The notes under the pieces: model-generated
What the model was told of the DNA's origin: nothing
Databases searched by the model: none
The model's input: only the letters and a program-made list of their open reading frames with translations
Shown: one piece after another, positions 43,323-59,345 of the stretch
How the letters are laid out: the number at the start of each line of letters is the position of its first letter
Numbering within the stretch: position 1 is the stretch's first letter
Program-made: the position numbers and the translations under genes
DNA from: Eledone cirrhosa
Taxonomy: Eukaryota
Reading direction: 5' to 3'
NCBI GenBank assembly: GCA_964016885.1
Contig: OZ024749.1
Coordinates: 5,952,001 to 6,016,000, forward strand
DNA: 64,000 bases

Positions 43323-45164
43323 ATGCAAAAGCACAGATCCTCCAATAGAAATTTTGCAAGGGGGTACAAGACCCCTTTTGGGGTCCAAAGGAGACAACAT
43401 TTTTCTCAAAAGGGATTTTGCATGGTTGCTGTGGGACCTTCTTAGCTCTTGGGCTCCGAGACAAAGTACCGACTGGATAATCATAGGCCCAGGAAGAGCA
43501 TTCATTACAAAGTTTTTCATTACCAAAGAAATTAATTATCACATACAAATGTGTGTTACTAAGGGGTAGACTCTAAGTATGTATCTGATAATTTTCTTTG
43601 AGATCATCAGGTGTGTGTGTGTGTATGAGAGAGGGATAGAGAGAGTGTGTAAGAAAAGAGAGTGAGAAAGCAATGAAATAACTCTAGCCCAGTACTTTCC
43701 TGTCCTGATTATGTGTGGTGACATTTTTATGTCTCCCCAATAATCTATAGATTACAAAACTTAGACAAATATGATTGACCTTTTAGAATACTTAGCAGTG
43801 AAGGATATTTTTTAAGATCTGCCAAATCTGCTTTCATTTAGACCTGTGACAAATTATGTGATTTATTTATTTAATAATAATGAAAATTATTGTAAACAGT
43901 GCTCAGGTGCACTATAACTCATCAAAGGTGCATGTATACTACATAGAATATTGTAGAAATGTCAGGAAAGTGAACAGTGTTTGAGTCATGATATACACAC
44001 GGATACACACATAATTAAGTAATAAAGGAAGGTTGGTTGGAAAAGCTGGTATAATGAAGATAGATATATAAAGTTGGAAATGGAGTGAAGTAAAACATGA
44101 ATGACAAAATAAAACAATGTTTTTACCCTATATACATCATGATATTTTAAGGTAAAGTCCTTCTTTCCAAAACTTAATGACACGGAGACATTCTACTTTT
44201 AAAACATTTATCTCCAATAAAAAACTTTTACAAAGCATTTGAAAATTATAAGCAATGCCTTCATTAAAAATATAGTAGTGAAATGGTTAAACATAGGTGG
44301 TGTCTTTCATTAGAGATATGGTTACGAAAGGGTTAATAGCACAATGAACGACTGATTCTGACGTTTGAAATCTTGAGTTGCCATTAACCTCATTGCCCTA
44401 ATGTCTACTAACAGGAAGAAAAGTTAATTATATTTCTGAAATACTTTGTGGTAGACAACTCAAAGTCAGTTGACAGGGTCATTCTTTAAATGGTTTCAAA
44501 GCTGAGAGTAATGACATGTGATGTAGACAGATGACCAGCTAATTTTACAAACTGGTCCAAGGAAAATTACCTGTCCTAATTGCTGTTTTTGTAAAGAAAG
44601 AAAAAAAAGTTGACTACATGATTATTGGACAAATATTGGCAATCATTTCAGGATTCTCTTCGTTGACTTCTACAATTTCGACAAAGAAAGATTGACTGTA
44701 AAATTACGATTAACACTTTTGTTACCATATTTCTAAGGAAAGACAAATAATTTAGAAAATTAGTAATATTATGAATGTGAATTTAGTATATCTAAAGATT
44801 TATAGTATGTTAATCAATAGATATTTTGAAAATCACAGCTATGAATAGAAGACTGGCAGTCAGTCTTCTATTCATAGCTGTGCCTCTCAAAATGTTTATT
44901 TATAAACATACCATATATATACGAAATTCACATATATATTTCTATACAGCTATGTTGAAGCAAAATTCTAATAGTAATATTATAACTAACTCTCTCATTA
45001 TTAAGTGGTGTAGTGTGGTGGGTTAGCAGAGTTATCAGTGCATCAGAAAAATGCATTTCAGTATTTCATTAAAACTCTCTGAATTCTGGTACCAAATCCT
45101 GCCAAGATCAACGTTGACTTTCCTCTTTCCAGTAAAGGAGACAGTACAGAGACTTGGCAGAATC

Positions 45165-45490
45165 TGACACCCACATTTAATGGCTTTGATTAAGCCTCAT
45201 TTATCTGAACACAAATATTAGGGCATTCATATAGAGACATCAGCACACAAAGAAGCTGTCCATCAATCCTAAACTTCTGCAGATCCTTCCAAAACAGGTC
45301 CCATGAAACGAGGTCATTTGCCTTTTTGTGGTCTACAAAATAAGAACACGCTCTTGGCAATACTTGCATGATTTCTGAAAGACCTGCCACAGTGTAAATA
45401 TTTGGTTAGCTGCACTGCATCTGCATTGAAAACCACACTGTTCGTCAGCAAGCTTGGACTTTAAAATATCCCTACATCTCATTCTCCACT
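45165..45490 (-). pseudogene. RTE reverse-transcriptase fragment
   Basis: EQCGF...QIFTL...FVDHKKANDLVSWDLFWKDLQKFRIDGQLL..LMSLY resembles RT motifs (FVD..KAYD). Confidence 0.8.
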
Positions 45491-46014
45491 CACCTCTAAA
45501 TTTCTGGCCATGTGCTTATGTTATAAACCATTATTAAAATGGTATTTGGAACATAACTAAGGTTCTTACATGAGATTATGAGGAAAAGTTTTTAGATTGA
45601 TATAAATAATTTAAATGCAAAGATGCTTTTATAGTAGAACCAGAGGAAAATCGAAATAGTTTGATATTAAAATGCTAATGGTTAATGAAAGAATTATTAC
45701 CAAGGTGAATCAATGGATTCCATTTAGAAAGCCACTTTTTCTCCATACTTCAGTTGTATCATAGAAGCCTTACATATCAAATTGTTGCATGTTATATAAC
45801 CAGCGAGAAATTATTCATACACTATTTTTATTTCTTATAATTCTCAGCTTGAAATAGTATTTCAAATGTAATAGAATGTAATTATTAAGCAATTTTAAAG
45901 GAAAGTACTGACGTAAATACATGTGACAATTAGGGTGTAACACGTACATGGGGAGCATTTAAATATCTTCATTGTAATTGGTGTAACTTAAAAAAATATA
46001 ACACTGCAAATTTT

Positions 46015-46015
<1 letters not shown>

Positions 46016-46046
<31 letters not shown>

Positions 46047-46376
46047 TTCATTTTACGTCTGCTTTTCCCTGCTTGCAAGGGTGGGACGGGAACTGATGCT
46101 GGCTTGATTTCTACAGCTGGATGCCCTTCCTAACACCAACCTCATTTACAGTGAGTACTGGGTGCTTTTTTTTGCCGTGGCACCTCCACGACCACTTTAC
46201 AGTGGAATGATAGGGACCCCAGTCCCTATCATCTCATTTCTACAGCTGAGTAAACTGGAGCAATGTGAAATAAAGTGTCTTGCTCAAGGAAACAACACAT
46301 CACCCAGTCTGAGAATTGAACTCACAACCTTTCGATTGCAAGCCCAATGCTCTAACCACTAAGCCATGTGCCTCCA
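46016..46376 (-). mobile_element. SINE family B, full length
   Basis: Family match. Confidence 0.9.
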
Positions 46377-46415
46377 TTTATATTTATGCCAATTTATTAT
46401 GGAGTTTTTAGCACT

Positions 46416-47410
46416 TATTTCAGTTCAATGTGACCACTAATTGTTTTCTTCAATTCAATCCATTTACGAAATGATGCACATGCTTTAACTATTTCTTGCT
46501 TTTACATTTTACCAAATGCTTGCTAGATCGAAGCTTTCAGTGAAGACACACAGTTGTGAGAAGTTGTGTTGGATATTGCTTCAACTGTGCCCCAAATCCA
46601 AAATTAACATGGATTCAAATCTGGTGAGCTAGAGGGCTAGATATCTTTAGGAACAAACATGAGCAATTCCTTCTTAAAAAATTCTTGCACTCTTTTTGAA
46701 GAATAAGTGGGCCCAGAGTCCTGTACAAACCTGACTCAACAATGACTCAACAATGCTCCCTAATCCAAGACAACAAAACTTCTACTAAAATATTGATACT
46801 CTGCTGTGTTGATTTTAAGACCCACTTCAATAAAATGAGGAGGCACCAATCTCCCATCACTTGCAACAGTCCCAAAGACCATAATGGAAGTTGGATTCTT
46901 GATATACATAGCTGAAGGAACTTGGGAATGGTCGTACGCTACCACTCATGAGTTTTAACTGTTTGCAACTTCATCTACTATGAACTTCTTCTCAAACATG
47001 AAGCTGCAAACGTCTCTGCCACATGTTTCAGATGATTAGGAAATTTGGAACATCTTTCAGCACGAATAGCTATGGAGCGGGTTGTCAGGATGTTATGGTG
47101 TCTCCTCGCATATGATTTCATATTGAGGTCTTGTCTCACAGCCCTAGATATGGTCAGTTAACCTATTCTTTGATTTTGAGCCAACTTCACTATTGGTTTT
47201 GATAAGTTTGACTCAATCAATCTTTTAAGTCCTGCTAAGAAGCGAGGTGTGTTTTCGGTCATTGCGAGGACTGAGGCTTTCTCAGAACATCCTGACTTTT
47301 CTTCAAATTGGCTACAACTCTAAAAACATTGGATTTGTCATACTTTGTGGCCCTAATAATGATCCCAGAACTTTTGCCGATGCGGAATAATTCAGCAATT
47401 ACACTTCTAT
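46416..47410 (-). pseudogene. Decayed Tc1/mariner transposase, DD37D (maT)-type spacing
   Basis: IMVFGTVASDG..PPHF...FVQDSGPTYSSKRVQEF...P*SSSPDLNPC*FWIWG; 37 residues between the QD aspartate and the position after PDLNPC (now a stop). Confidence 0.82.
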
Positions 47411-47475
47411 AGTTTAATTCTTTATTAACAAAGTATTTTTTTTTATTTCAGATTGAAAAAATTACGAATAAGTGA

Positions 47476-48051
47476 TTAATTGTTTCTACTATTGGCACAA
47501 GGCCAGCAATTACCCAGTACATTACTGGTACTTTATTTTATCGACCCCGTAAGGATGAAAGGCAAAGTTAACCTTGGCGGGATTTGAACTCAGTACCGAT
47601 ACTGCCAATCCACGAAGCTAGTAATATTTAAAATTTAGACTCCAACAAAATCTATATAATTAGTAATATACTCATCTGAACCTTTACATATATATATATA
47701 TATTTATTCACGATCGTAAAACAATGATAAGAATAGGTAAAATAACTTGACTTTGTTATTATTTTCATTGTTAAATTAATATCTAATATCATCATCATTT
47801 TACGTCCGCTTTCTCCTTGCTTGCAAAGGTGGGACGGGAACGGATTCTGGCTTGATTTCTACAGCTGGATGCCCTTCCTAACACCAACCTCATTTACAGT
47901 GAGTGCTGGGTGCTTTTTTGCGGTGGCACCTCCACAACCACTTTGCAGTGGAATGATAGGGACCCCAGTCCCTATCATCTCATTTCTACAACTGAGTAAA
48001 CTGGAGCAATGTGAAATAAAGTGTCTTGCTCAAGGAAACAACACATCACCA
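47476..48051 (-). mobile_element. SINE A (47476-47612, internally deleted) and 5'-truncated SINE B (47788-48051)
   Basis: Family matches. Confidence 0.82.
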
Positions 48052-48195
48052 TTTATATATATATATTTATCATTTATTTTGTTTGACCTGTTTAGCTTGA
48101 TTTGTTTTTTGGTTTAGGTGGTTAATGTCTTCTTGACCACTTTTTCAGTTTGAATGGCGTTTTAACATATTGTTTAGCGACCTGACACACACACA

Positions 48196-48246
<51 letters not shown>

Positions 48247-48531
48247 ACACATGCATATATATATATATATATACACGCATACACACCCACACATGCATAT
48301 ATACACATACACACATGCATACATGTAAACACATACACACACACGCATATATATATACACATATACCCACATGCATATATATACACACACACTCACATGC
48401 ATAAATGCACACACACACACACACACACATGCATATATATACACACACACACCCACACATGCATATATGTATACAAGCACACATGCATATATATACACAT
48501 GCATACACACACATACACACACGCACACACT

Positions 48532-48562
<31 letters not shown>

Positions 48563-48719
48563 TCGGGGCCTGCCTCCTCACAGTACAACAGGTTTTTACA
48601 GGCAGCCCAATCGAATTTTTATTTCGAAATTGCCTTATGAGATCGTTCTGTCTTGCATCATATGGATGATGGGTTTGGGTCATCGAAATATGTATAGTGG
48701 TTTCATGGTCTCACGGAAT

Positions 48720-49075
48720 TACATTTTAAAGCATATCTTCCAGCCTTTTATTGTCATTTTAAAGCATATCATTTTAAAGCATATCATTTTAAAGCATATC
48801 ATTTTAAAGCATATCCTCCAGCCTTTTATTGTCATTTTAAAGCATATCATTTTAAAGCATATCATTTTAAAGCATATCATTTTAAAGCATATCATTTTAA
48901 AGCATATCCTCCAGCCTTTTATTGTCATTTTAAAGCATATCATTTTAAAGCATATCATTTTAAAGCATATCATTTTAAAGCATATCCTCCAGCCTTTTAT
49001 TGTCATTTTAAAGCATATCATTTTAAAGCATATCATTTTAAAGCATATCTTCCAGCCTTTTATTGTCATTTTATA
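48720..49075. repeat. 15-bp repeat CATTTTAAAGCATAT with a periodic 18-bp insert (higher-order structure)
   Basis: Direct reading; gives the ILKHI ORF artefact. Confidence 0.93.
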
Positions 49076-49560
49076 AACACTTTACTCTATTCCTGCGCCA
49101 ACCACCTGATACTACATCTACGATGGGTGACTTGCATAACGTCGATCAACCCAACAATAAAGGAGTAGAAATATCTAAGAGAAAGTTATTTGTCACAGAT
49201 GGACTCAAAATCTCAAAAAAATTATAGCAAAAAATACAACTTAAAAATTAACGGTCAAGCCTGTTTATTTTAGATTGCTTTCCTGGGAATCTCCTCTAAC
49301 TAACTTTGTAAAGGTTAGTCTGTTTTTCTATATAATTCTCTAAGTGGTTTGATTGATCTACCCACCAGAACCTCCAGTTCTACCCTTAGGTAATCAAAAT
49401 AACTTAAATGGTATATGTATATATATATATATAGTTGTAGGGTTGCAATTAAATGTGTCCGTAGACGGTATGCCATTTGAGCACTCGATGCTCGCGCAGA
49501 GCAGAGTATATTATTGTAGATAACGAGGAATCAGTGATGCATCAAAACACAATTTATTAA

Positions 49561-49649
49561 CATATTACATATGTTTCACCGACGATCAGCTCAAGGCAGG
49601 ATTATTATAGATCGAACCTGACTCTGCATTCACAATGTCCTCAGATATG
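49561..49649 (-). ncRNA. Type-I hammerhead motif with long stem II
   Basis: Minus strand CATAT-CTGAGGA-C ATTG...CGGT-GAAA-CATATG-TA-ATATG; perfect stem I, palindromic stem III. Confidence 0.72.
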
Positions 49650-49697
49650 TTTATCGTTTTCAAGGCATTCCATCTGACTCTCTCTGTATATATATTG

Positions 49698-49941
49698 TTA
49701 TACTTTGGGAGGATCATGCTGCCAATAAAATCAGACACACCTGTTAGATTTCACTTCAATTTATTATTATAATTCCCGTGTCAGCTAGCTTAATACCTGG
49801 ATAGTTATTTATTGGTTGAACATTGATTAAATAACCATCGAGTTATTTAATTAACTGACTGGGAAATTATAATAATAAATTGAAATGAAACCTAATACGT
49901 GCGTGCGTTTTTATTGGCAGTATGACTCTCCCAAATTATAA
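49698..49941. mobile_element. Diverged foldback, same family as 18485-18750
   Basis: TTTGGGAGGATCATGCTGCCAATAAAA... / ...TTTTATTGGCAGTATGACTCTCCCAAA. Confidence 0.7.
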
Positions 49942-50361
49942 CAGTATCTGTTTCAACACACATTTTTAGATAAAAATTCATGCAAAACAAATACAAAAGC
50001 GATATATATATATATATATGGACATCACCTGAGGGCGTTGCCCCCCCCCCCCCCCGGTGTTTGCATAGCTACAGCTTCCTAAAACCGAGATATGAAATTT
50101 CTATACATATATATATATATATATTTATAGGAGCACCAAACAAATGTTACTAAAGTTTGACTAAGAGTACATATAAAATGAAATAAAAGTACACTTAACC
50201 TGCTGTCACCCTTCATGTCGAAAGAGCTGCATACATTATGTATGTAAGTAAATGTGTGTGGGTCTACATGCACATATGAACACACACACATACATTCAGG
50301 TAGTTCCATTACTCTAGGCTCTCATATTTTTCAGGTATAAATGTATTAATCGGAACCATGC

Positions 50362-50431
<70 letters not shown>

Positions 50432-50597
50432 AATAGTTCAAGGAAACGACAAAACAGAGGTACAAAAAGTCTTAGTTTCATTCTTTATATGTGACATGTT
50501 GGGCTTTAGCCCTTCTTCAGGAGTATACAAATAGAGACAGAATCACAAATGGTAGATACAGAAAATAAAAGGTATTCCGTAGTAAAAAAAGATGAAA

Positions 50598-50633
<36 letters not shown>

Positions 50634-50715
50634 TTAGGGTAAACATTGCTGCAATTCAATTCAAGCACTCAACGTACTTATTCCACGTAGGAGTGACGGA
50701 GTAAATATCGAATAA

Positions 50716-51208
50716 GGAAAAGCGAAGTAGTTTCAGATGTTCAAGTCTTTTAATAATAATGCTGTGATATATATATCGATGGCTACAGTGGTCACACTGT
50801 TCTGTGTGCCAGTGTCACGACATCGTCAGACAGCTTTTTACATAATAAGGTTATGTTTCCGAGGCAATCCAAATTAAATCGACATGGCAACGGACGAAGT
50901 GTGTGCTCTTGGGTACTTCGTCCATACCCCTGTGAGTACCAATTCACCCCCACCGGTCTGCGCAGGCGCAGGTCCGTAGGGAGTTGACCATTAGCTACCA
51001 CAGATTTCAACCCAAGAGCACACACTTCATCCGTTCCCATGTCGATTCAATTTGGATTGCCTCGGAAACATAACCTTATTATGTAAAAAGCTGTCTGACG
51101 ATGTCGCCACACTGGCGCACAGAACAGTGTGACCACTGTCGCCATTGAAATATATATCACAGCATTATTATTAAAAGACTTGAACATCTGAAACTACTTC
51201 GCTTTTCC
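50716..51208. mobile_element. Foldback with ~199-bp arms, each carrying an HHR
   Basis: Arms 50716-50914/51010-51208; HHR on + at 51090-51163 (GCTGT/ACAGC, CTGACGA, GAAA, ATATATAT, AUC). Confidence 0.8.
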
Positions 51209-51272
<64 letters not shown>

Positions 51273-52034
51273 CATTTACAATGTTCATTTTTACATTCAA
51301 TTAATGTTTGTCTACATAAAAAAGCAAAATCATAAACAACAGCAACAACAACATATTATGATTAAATAGAAAATAGTAAAAAAAATTAAAAACATATAAC
51401 GAAACGAAATTAAATTTCTTAAAGTAAAAAAAATTATTAATGATATATCTACACAAGTATTGTTTTAGAAACGAAGCTGAAAAAATAACACTGTTGTGCT
51501 ACATCTGCGTAGAGGTGGCAAGTATGTTTAAATATAGTGAGTACCTACCTTCTTAGCCTCAACCAGATCTTTCAGTGTTGTAGTCTCTAGTCTTTTGTTG
51601 TCAAGTGTTGTTTCCATTGTCTGTGTGAAAGAAGAATAACAAAAATGAATGATAAAGAGCTGTTATATATACATACGTACATACTTGCATACATATATAC
51701 ATGCATGCATACGTACATACATAGGTACATACATACGTACATACATACATATATACACTAGTATAAAATACATATGTAAATCGATGGAGATGTTTTATTT
51801 TGAAATGTAGATAGATACACATTCATAGGCCTACATATGTATATGTACAAGTAGACATATAAATACATGTGTGTGTGTGGGGGGGGGGGGGGGGGGGGGT
51901 TTAGAAAAAATAAGAAACATATCACATTGCATGCATTTAATACTATGAAGCACATGAAAAAATAAGTCTGCATCCCACACATACAAAAACGTGTGCATAT
52001 ATATATATATGTGGGTGTGTGTGTGTGTAAACGT

Positions 52035-53855
<1,821 letters not shown>

Positions 53856-54177
53856 ACACACACATTTTACACATATGAATTGCAACACAAAAAAATTGTT
53901 AGTGTCTTTAAATATCAAATAATCGTAAGAACCTGAAATGAAAAGTTTTGATAAAATAAATTACACAACAGCCACAGCTGGGGAATTGTAATGAAAAATC
54001 TTCTCACATTTAAAATTAATTTTCCTTTTCAATCAATATATATTAAATACTTTCTTTCACAGATTATTTTAGTCCAATTCTCGTTTGTATTTATGAAATT
54101 CTAGAAGTAAAGTCTTTTAATATTTTTCTATTTAAAAAAAAAATATTTTAGTCAATTTTTGAGACAACATTCTATAA

Positions 54178-54357
54178 GGTCATCATCATCATCACCATTT
54201 TACGCCTGCTTTTCCCTCCTTGCAAGGGTGGGACGGGTCCTATTCAGCACAGCATCTCTCCACTTGTCACGGTCTTTTGTCACCTCATTCGTGAGCTTCA
54301 GCAATCTTAGGTCAGCTCTCACCACCACCGCCCATGTTTTTCCTGGTCTTCCTCTTG
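54178..54357 (-). mobile_element. RTE 3'-end fragment (candidate partner of SINE B)
   Basis: Same family as 59346-59485. Confidence 0.8.
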
Positions 54358-54677
54358 AAATGAATTGCTAGATATATCAGCCAAATCTCCTTGCCCCAGT
54401 TATGTCATAGAACACTTAGTTATCAAATTGATGCAATTTAAATAACCGATGAGAAACTAATCAGATACTATGTTAATTTCTCATCATTCTCAGCTTCTTA
54501 TGTTAGTCCAATTCTTGTTTGCATTTGCAAAATTCTAGCAGTAATGTTTTTTTTTATGTTTTCTCTAATTTTTAAAAAGAAATATTTCATACAATTTCTA
54601 AGAGAAACTTTTATAAGGTCACTTGAAATAAACTGCTAGAAATGGCAACCAAGTCCCACTTATATAACATTGTGTTA

Positions 54678-55324
54678 TTGGATTGGCAGTATCGGTAGAA
54701 GGTCGGACACCATGCTTTGCAGCAAAGAGTTACGGCCCTTTATGGTCTGAGTTCAAATCCCGCCGAGGTTAAGTTTGCCTTTCATCCTTACGGGGGTCGA
54801 TAAAATAAACTACCAGTAATACACTGGGATAATTGCTGGCCTAACAGTTATAGAGAAGTGTAGCAATGACATGGGGCTACACAACTACACATCCAGCAAA
54901 AGCTTATATTTCAACAAAATTGTTATAAACTCAACAAGACAAATTAAATGTGACAAATTAAGGAATACCCTAATCGGTAGAGCGTCGGACAACGTGCTTT
55001 GTGGCATATTGTTACGGCCCTTTATGTTCTGAGTTCAAATCCCACCGAGTTTAACTTAGCCTTTCATCATTACAGGGTCGTTAAAATAAAGTACCAGTAA
55101 TGCACTGGGGTGAGTGATTGATTCAACTTTCCTCCTTCCCTTCAGATTACTGGCTTAGTGCCAATTGTAGAAACTATTATCATTGATGATGATGGTGATG
55201 ATGATAATTGTTTCTACTTTAGGCACAAGGCCAGCAATTACCCAGTATATTACCGATAAAATAAAGTACCAGTAATATACTGGATAATTGCTGGCCTTGT
55301 GCCTAAAGTAGAAACAATTATCAT
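54678..55324. mobile_element. Cluster of SINE A copies (54678-54842, 54972-55180) plus a tail foldback (55202-55324)
   Basis: Family matches; the last piece is two SINE A tails in inverted orientation. Confidence 0.8.
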
Positions 55325-55737
55325 CATTTTATGTTCACTTTTCCATAGTAGAATGGGTTGGATGGGTCTTTTTCAACACAGCCTATCTCTACTTGTATTC
55401 CTTTCTCATCTCCTGCGTGAAATTTAGCACTTCAAGATGAGCCCTTAGCACTTTTACCTAGGTCTTCCTTGGTCTTCCTCTACTGCAGTTTCCTTCACTG
55501 GCATATTGTGGCACTTCTTTACACAACAATATTTATACATGTATTCATATATTGAATCATTACAATCTGTAAAGCATTTTATAACAAAGTATTTTTTAAA
55601 ATATTAAAGCACTAACCCCATCAAACCCCCTTACAACCACACCCACATCATAAGCAGGAGGGTCAGATTGTTTAGACATGTCCAATCCTTGATGTCATAC
55701 CAGTTCCAGCAGTCAGCAATCACTACTGACTTTTGAC

Positions 55738-56015
55738 CTCCATCACATATAGAAGGGTCACTGTGTTTAGACCTGTCCTCCATCACACATAGAAGGGTCA
55801 CTGTGTTTAGACCTGTCCTCCATCACACATAGAAGGGTCACTGTGTTTAGACCTGTCCTCCATCACACATAGAAGGGTCACTGTGTTTAGACCTGTCCTT
55901 CATCACACATAGAAGGGTCACTGTGTTTAGACCTGTCCTCCATCACACATAGCAGGGCCACTGTGTTTAGACCTGTCCTCCATCACACATAGCAGGGCCA
56001 CTGTGTTTAGACATG
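55738..56015. repeat. 40-bp minisatellite, 7 copies
   Basis: CATCACACATAGAAGGGTCACTGTGTTTAGACCTGTCCTC. Confidence 0.95.
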
Positions 56016-56263
56016 ACCAATTCTTGATCTTGTACCAAGATTTTCTTTTTCAGACTTTTCTTTGTCCTTAAAGAATGGTTTTAGACAAGGAGTCATGGAG
56101 GGATTCTTGTCTATAACAGGCAAGCTTCGATTTTTGTTTTCAGTTCTGCAAGAAAAGGTTCTTGCCTGCAGACATATTTGGTGACTTGTTGCCTTACAAA
56201 TTATTTATTATTAAAAATATATATTTGTTTTAAAAGAAGAAAGGAACATCACAATGCCATTAA

Positions 56264-57034
56264 CCCTTTAGCATTTACATTATTCTATATTTACTAAATG
56301 AAGGCACATGGCTTAGTGGTTAGAGCATTGGGCTTGCAATCGAAAGGTTGTGAGTTCAATTCTCAGACCGGGTGATGTGTTGTTTCCTTGAGCAAGACAC
56401 TTTATTTCACATTGCTCCAGTTTACTCAGCTGTAGAAATGAGATGATAGGGACTGGGGTCCCTATCATTCCACTGCAAAGTGGTCGTGGAGGTGCCACAG
56501 CAAAAAAGCACCCAGCACTCACTGTAAATGAGGTTAGTGTTAGGAAGGGCATCCAGCTGTAGAAATCAAGCCAGTAGCAGTTCCCGTCCCACCCTTGCAA
56601 GGCAGGGAGAAGCGGACGTAAAATGATGATGATGATGATGATAGGGTGGTGGATTGGCAGTATCGGTAGAGGGCTGGACGCCATTCTTTGCAGCAAAGAG
56701 TTACGGCCCTTTACGGTCTGAATCCAAATCCCGCCGAGGTTAACTTTGCCTTTCATCCTTACGGGGTCGATAAAATAAAGTACCAGTAATGCACTGGGAT
56801 AATTGCTGGCCTTGTGCCAAAAGTAGAAACAATTATTCTATATTTACTATATTTTCATAGTAAAGGCTTTACCTCAAATAATTATCTCACATAATATCAA
56901 ATCTATGAGGTTTTGATATGATTTATTTTAAGAACAATACCTTAACATCAGTATAAGCGGCCAGTTACAGCAAGTTTGAACAGAAAGATGTGAGAGAATT
57001 CTGGCCGGAATAGACTAATTTAAATGCTAAAGGG
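56264..57034. mobile_element. piggyBac-type MITE containing SINE B (56302-56642) plus SINE A (56643-56836)
   Basis: TTAA flanks and TIRs; 18-bp TSD ATTATTCTATATTTACTA at 56279 and 56832. Confidence 0.88.
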
Positions 57035-58198
57035 TTAAACTATAAATATGACAAATAAGGAGGTTCTGTCCACCATTTTCTATATAAAGAAATACTTATT
57101 TTACTTATTTGACAATTGTTTATAGTTTATCTGCATAGTAGCAGCTTGTGAAAAAGCAAATGTATTTTCAAATTTCCTCTTCTTCTCCCACTTCCTTCTT
57201 CTCCTCTTCATCATCATCATTTAACATCCATTTCCCTATTAGCAAGGGATGGATATGTGTTAACATACCCAATAAATATTGAAGTGGGGCAAATGACCTC
57301 CCAAACAATTTTTTTGGGGGGTGGGTGGGGGGTGGGGTGATGGTTCATATCTTGCTTACATAAGTTTCACCTTCTACAAGTTGGGTTTTATTGTGGGACC
57401 AGCACTAGAGAGGTTGTCATGTCTTCAAGACAACTGATGGGTTCTCTCAACCTCCTTGACTGGTAAGCTCTGCTTGGCTGGATATGCCTCACACCACCCA
57501 CCACTTTACAGTATGTACTTGGTGTCCCTATCATATAGATGTATCCCAAACCAACTGATGTTTATCAATTATTGAACATGGAGAAACAACTTAGGAAAAA
57601 ATTACTTATAAAAAAATATTGAGCAAATACACAAAACCTCCAGCAGAATTTACATCTAACTCTCTCTCTCCCTCTCACTCTCTCTATATATCTATCTCAC
57701 ACTATCTCACTCTCTATCTATCTATCTCACTCTCTTTCTCTGTGTCTGTCTCTCTCTCTCACACTCTCTCTCCCTGTCTCTCACTCTATCTCACTCTCTC
57801 ACTTTCTCTCTCTCTCTCACCTTGTGTCTCACTCTATCTCTCTCTCAGTGTCTCTCTCACTCTCTCTGTCATTGTCTCTCTCTCTCTCTTTTTCTCACTC
57901 TCTCTCTCTGTCTCTCTCTCTCTCCCTCTCTCTCACTTTCTCTCACCATGTCTCTCACTTTCTCTCTCTCTCTCTCTCTAGCAACTACCGACCATCTAAT
58001 TATACTGCCAACCCTATCATCAAATGCAGAACCATACCAGTAATACACTGAAATAATTGTGATGGTGTTAGTAGTAGTAGTAATAATAGTAGTAGTAGTA
58101 CTGGTAGTAGTGATGGTGTTGGTAGGAGTAGTAGTAGTAATAACAGTAGTAGTAGTAGTAGTAGTAGTAGTAGCAGCAGCAGTGAGCAGTAGTAGTAT

Positions 58199-58234
<36 letters not shown>

Positions 58235-58259
58235 CAGCAGCAGTGAGCAGTAGTAGTAT

Positions 58260-58298
<39 letters not shown>

Positions 58299-58621
58299 AG
58301 TGGTGTATTGACATATCAGTAAAATTGAACAAATTTCAACCAATGGTATATTTTTTGTTAATTTATTATTTGCAAACACCTCCACGTCACCCCCCAAACA
58401 CCCCCACGTCACCCCATGACACACCAAACACCCCCACGTCACCCCATCACACCCCAAACACCACCACTCCAGCCCCCCCCCCCACACTATACAAATCTAC
58501 AACCTTTATATCATAAACCATTCCCTGTAGACTGCTCAAATAAATTACACACACTCAAACATCTGTATGTATACACATCTACACCACCATATTACATACA
58601 CACACACATATATATACGCAT

Positions 58622-58690
<69 letters not shown>

Positions 58691-58717
58691 CATATATATA
58701 TATAGAGAGAGATATAC

Positions 58718-58752
<35 letters not shown>

Positions 58753-58774
58753 TACATATATATTATATATATAT

Positions 58775-58980
58775 GGAAAAAAGTATGACCCCGACGGCAG
58801 AGCTCAAGCCGTTTCGGCGGCTATTTCTGGAATAAAAATAGTCCAGAAATAGCCGTCGAAACGGCTTGAGCTCTGCCGTCGGGGTCATACTTTTTCCTAT
58901 TACCCACTCTAACACCCTAAGTATTGAGTACTTTGGTGCGTTATGGTCGATCTGGTTCCTTACCACAACTCCTTCGTTAT
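58775..58980. mobile_element. Penelope-like terminal fragment with 57-bp foldback through the HHR 3' half
   Basis: GAAA-CGGC..GCCG-TC stem III; arms 58775-58831/58842-58897; homolog at 8117. Confidence 0.7.
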
Positions 58981-59032
58981 ATATATAGATACAAAATATA
59001 AGACAATCAAATTTTTGCTTAATACATTTAAT

Positions 59033-59077
59033 TGCTGACGATCGTTTCTTCCAGATAATTGTGGAATCATTGAGACT
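59033..59077 (-). ncRNA. Decayed hammerhead motif (related to 25368)
   Basis: TCAATGA-TTCCA/TGGAA-GAAA-CGATCG-TC-AGCA. Confidence 0.55.
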
Positions 59078-59225
59078 GGAATATACAGAGCTTACACAAT
59101 GTTTAAACAAGTAATTCATTCCTAGTCTTTAGAACATTCATTAAGATACAATCTTATGAACAGTGTCAGTGACTTCGTGTTGAAAATCAAGAATAACAAA
59201 ATGATATTATAGTAAACATATAGCA

Positions 59226-59277
<52 letters not shown>

Positions 59278-59345
59278 GATACATAGGTATATAGGAACTT
59301 ATGAATTACAATGTTGATTCATCTAAATGAGATACATAATCACTG

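Noticed and set aside
56302-56375. tRNA gene
   Set aside because: tRNA-like A/B boxes continue into a multi-copy SINE body; no complete cloverleaf identified
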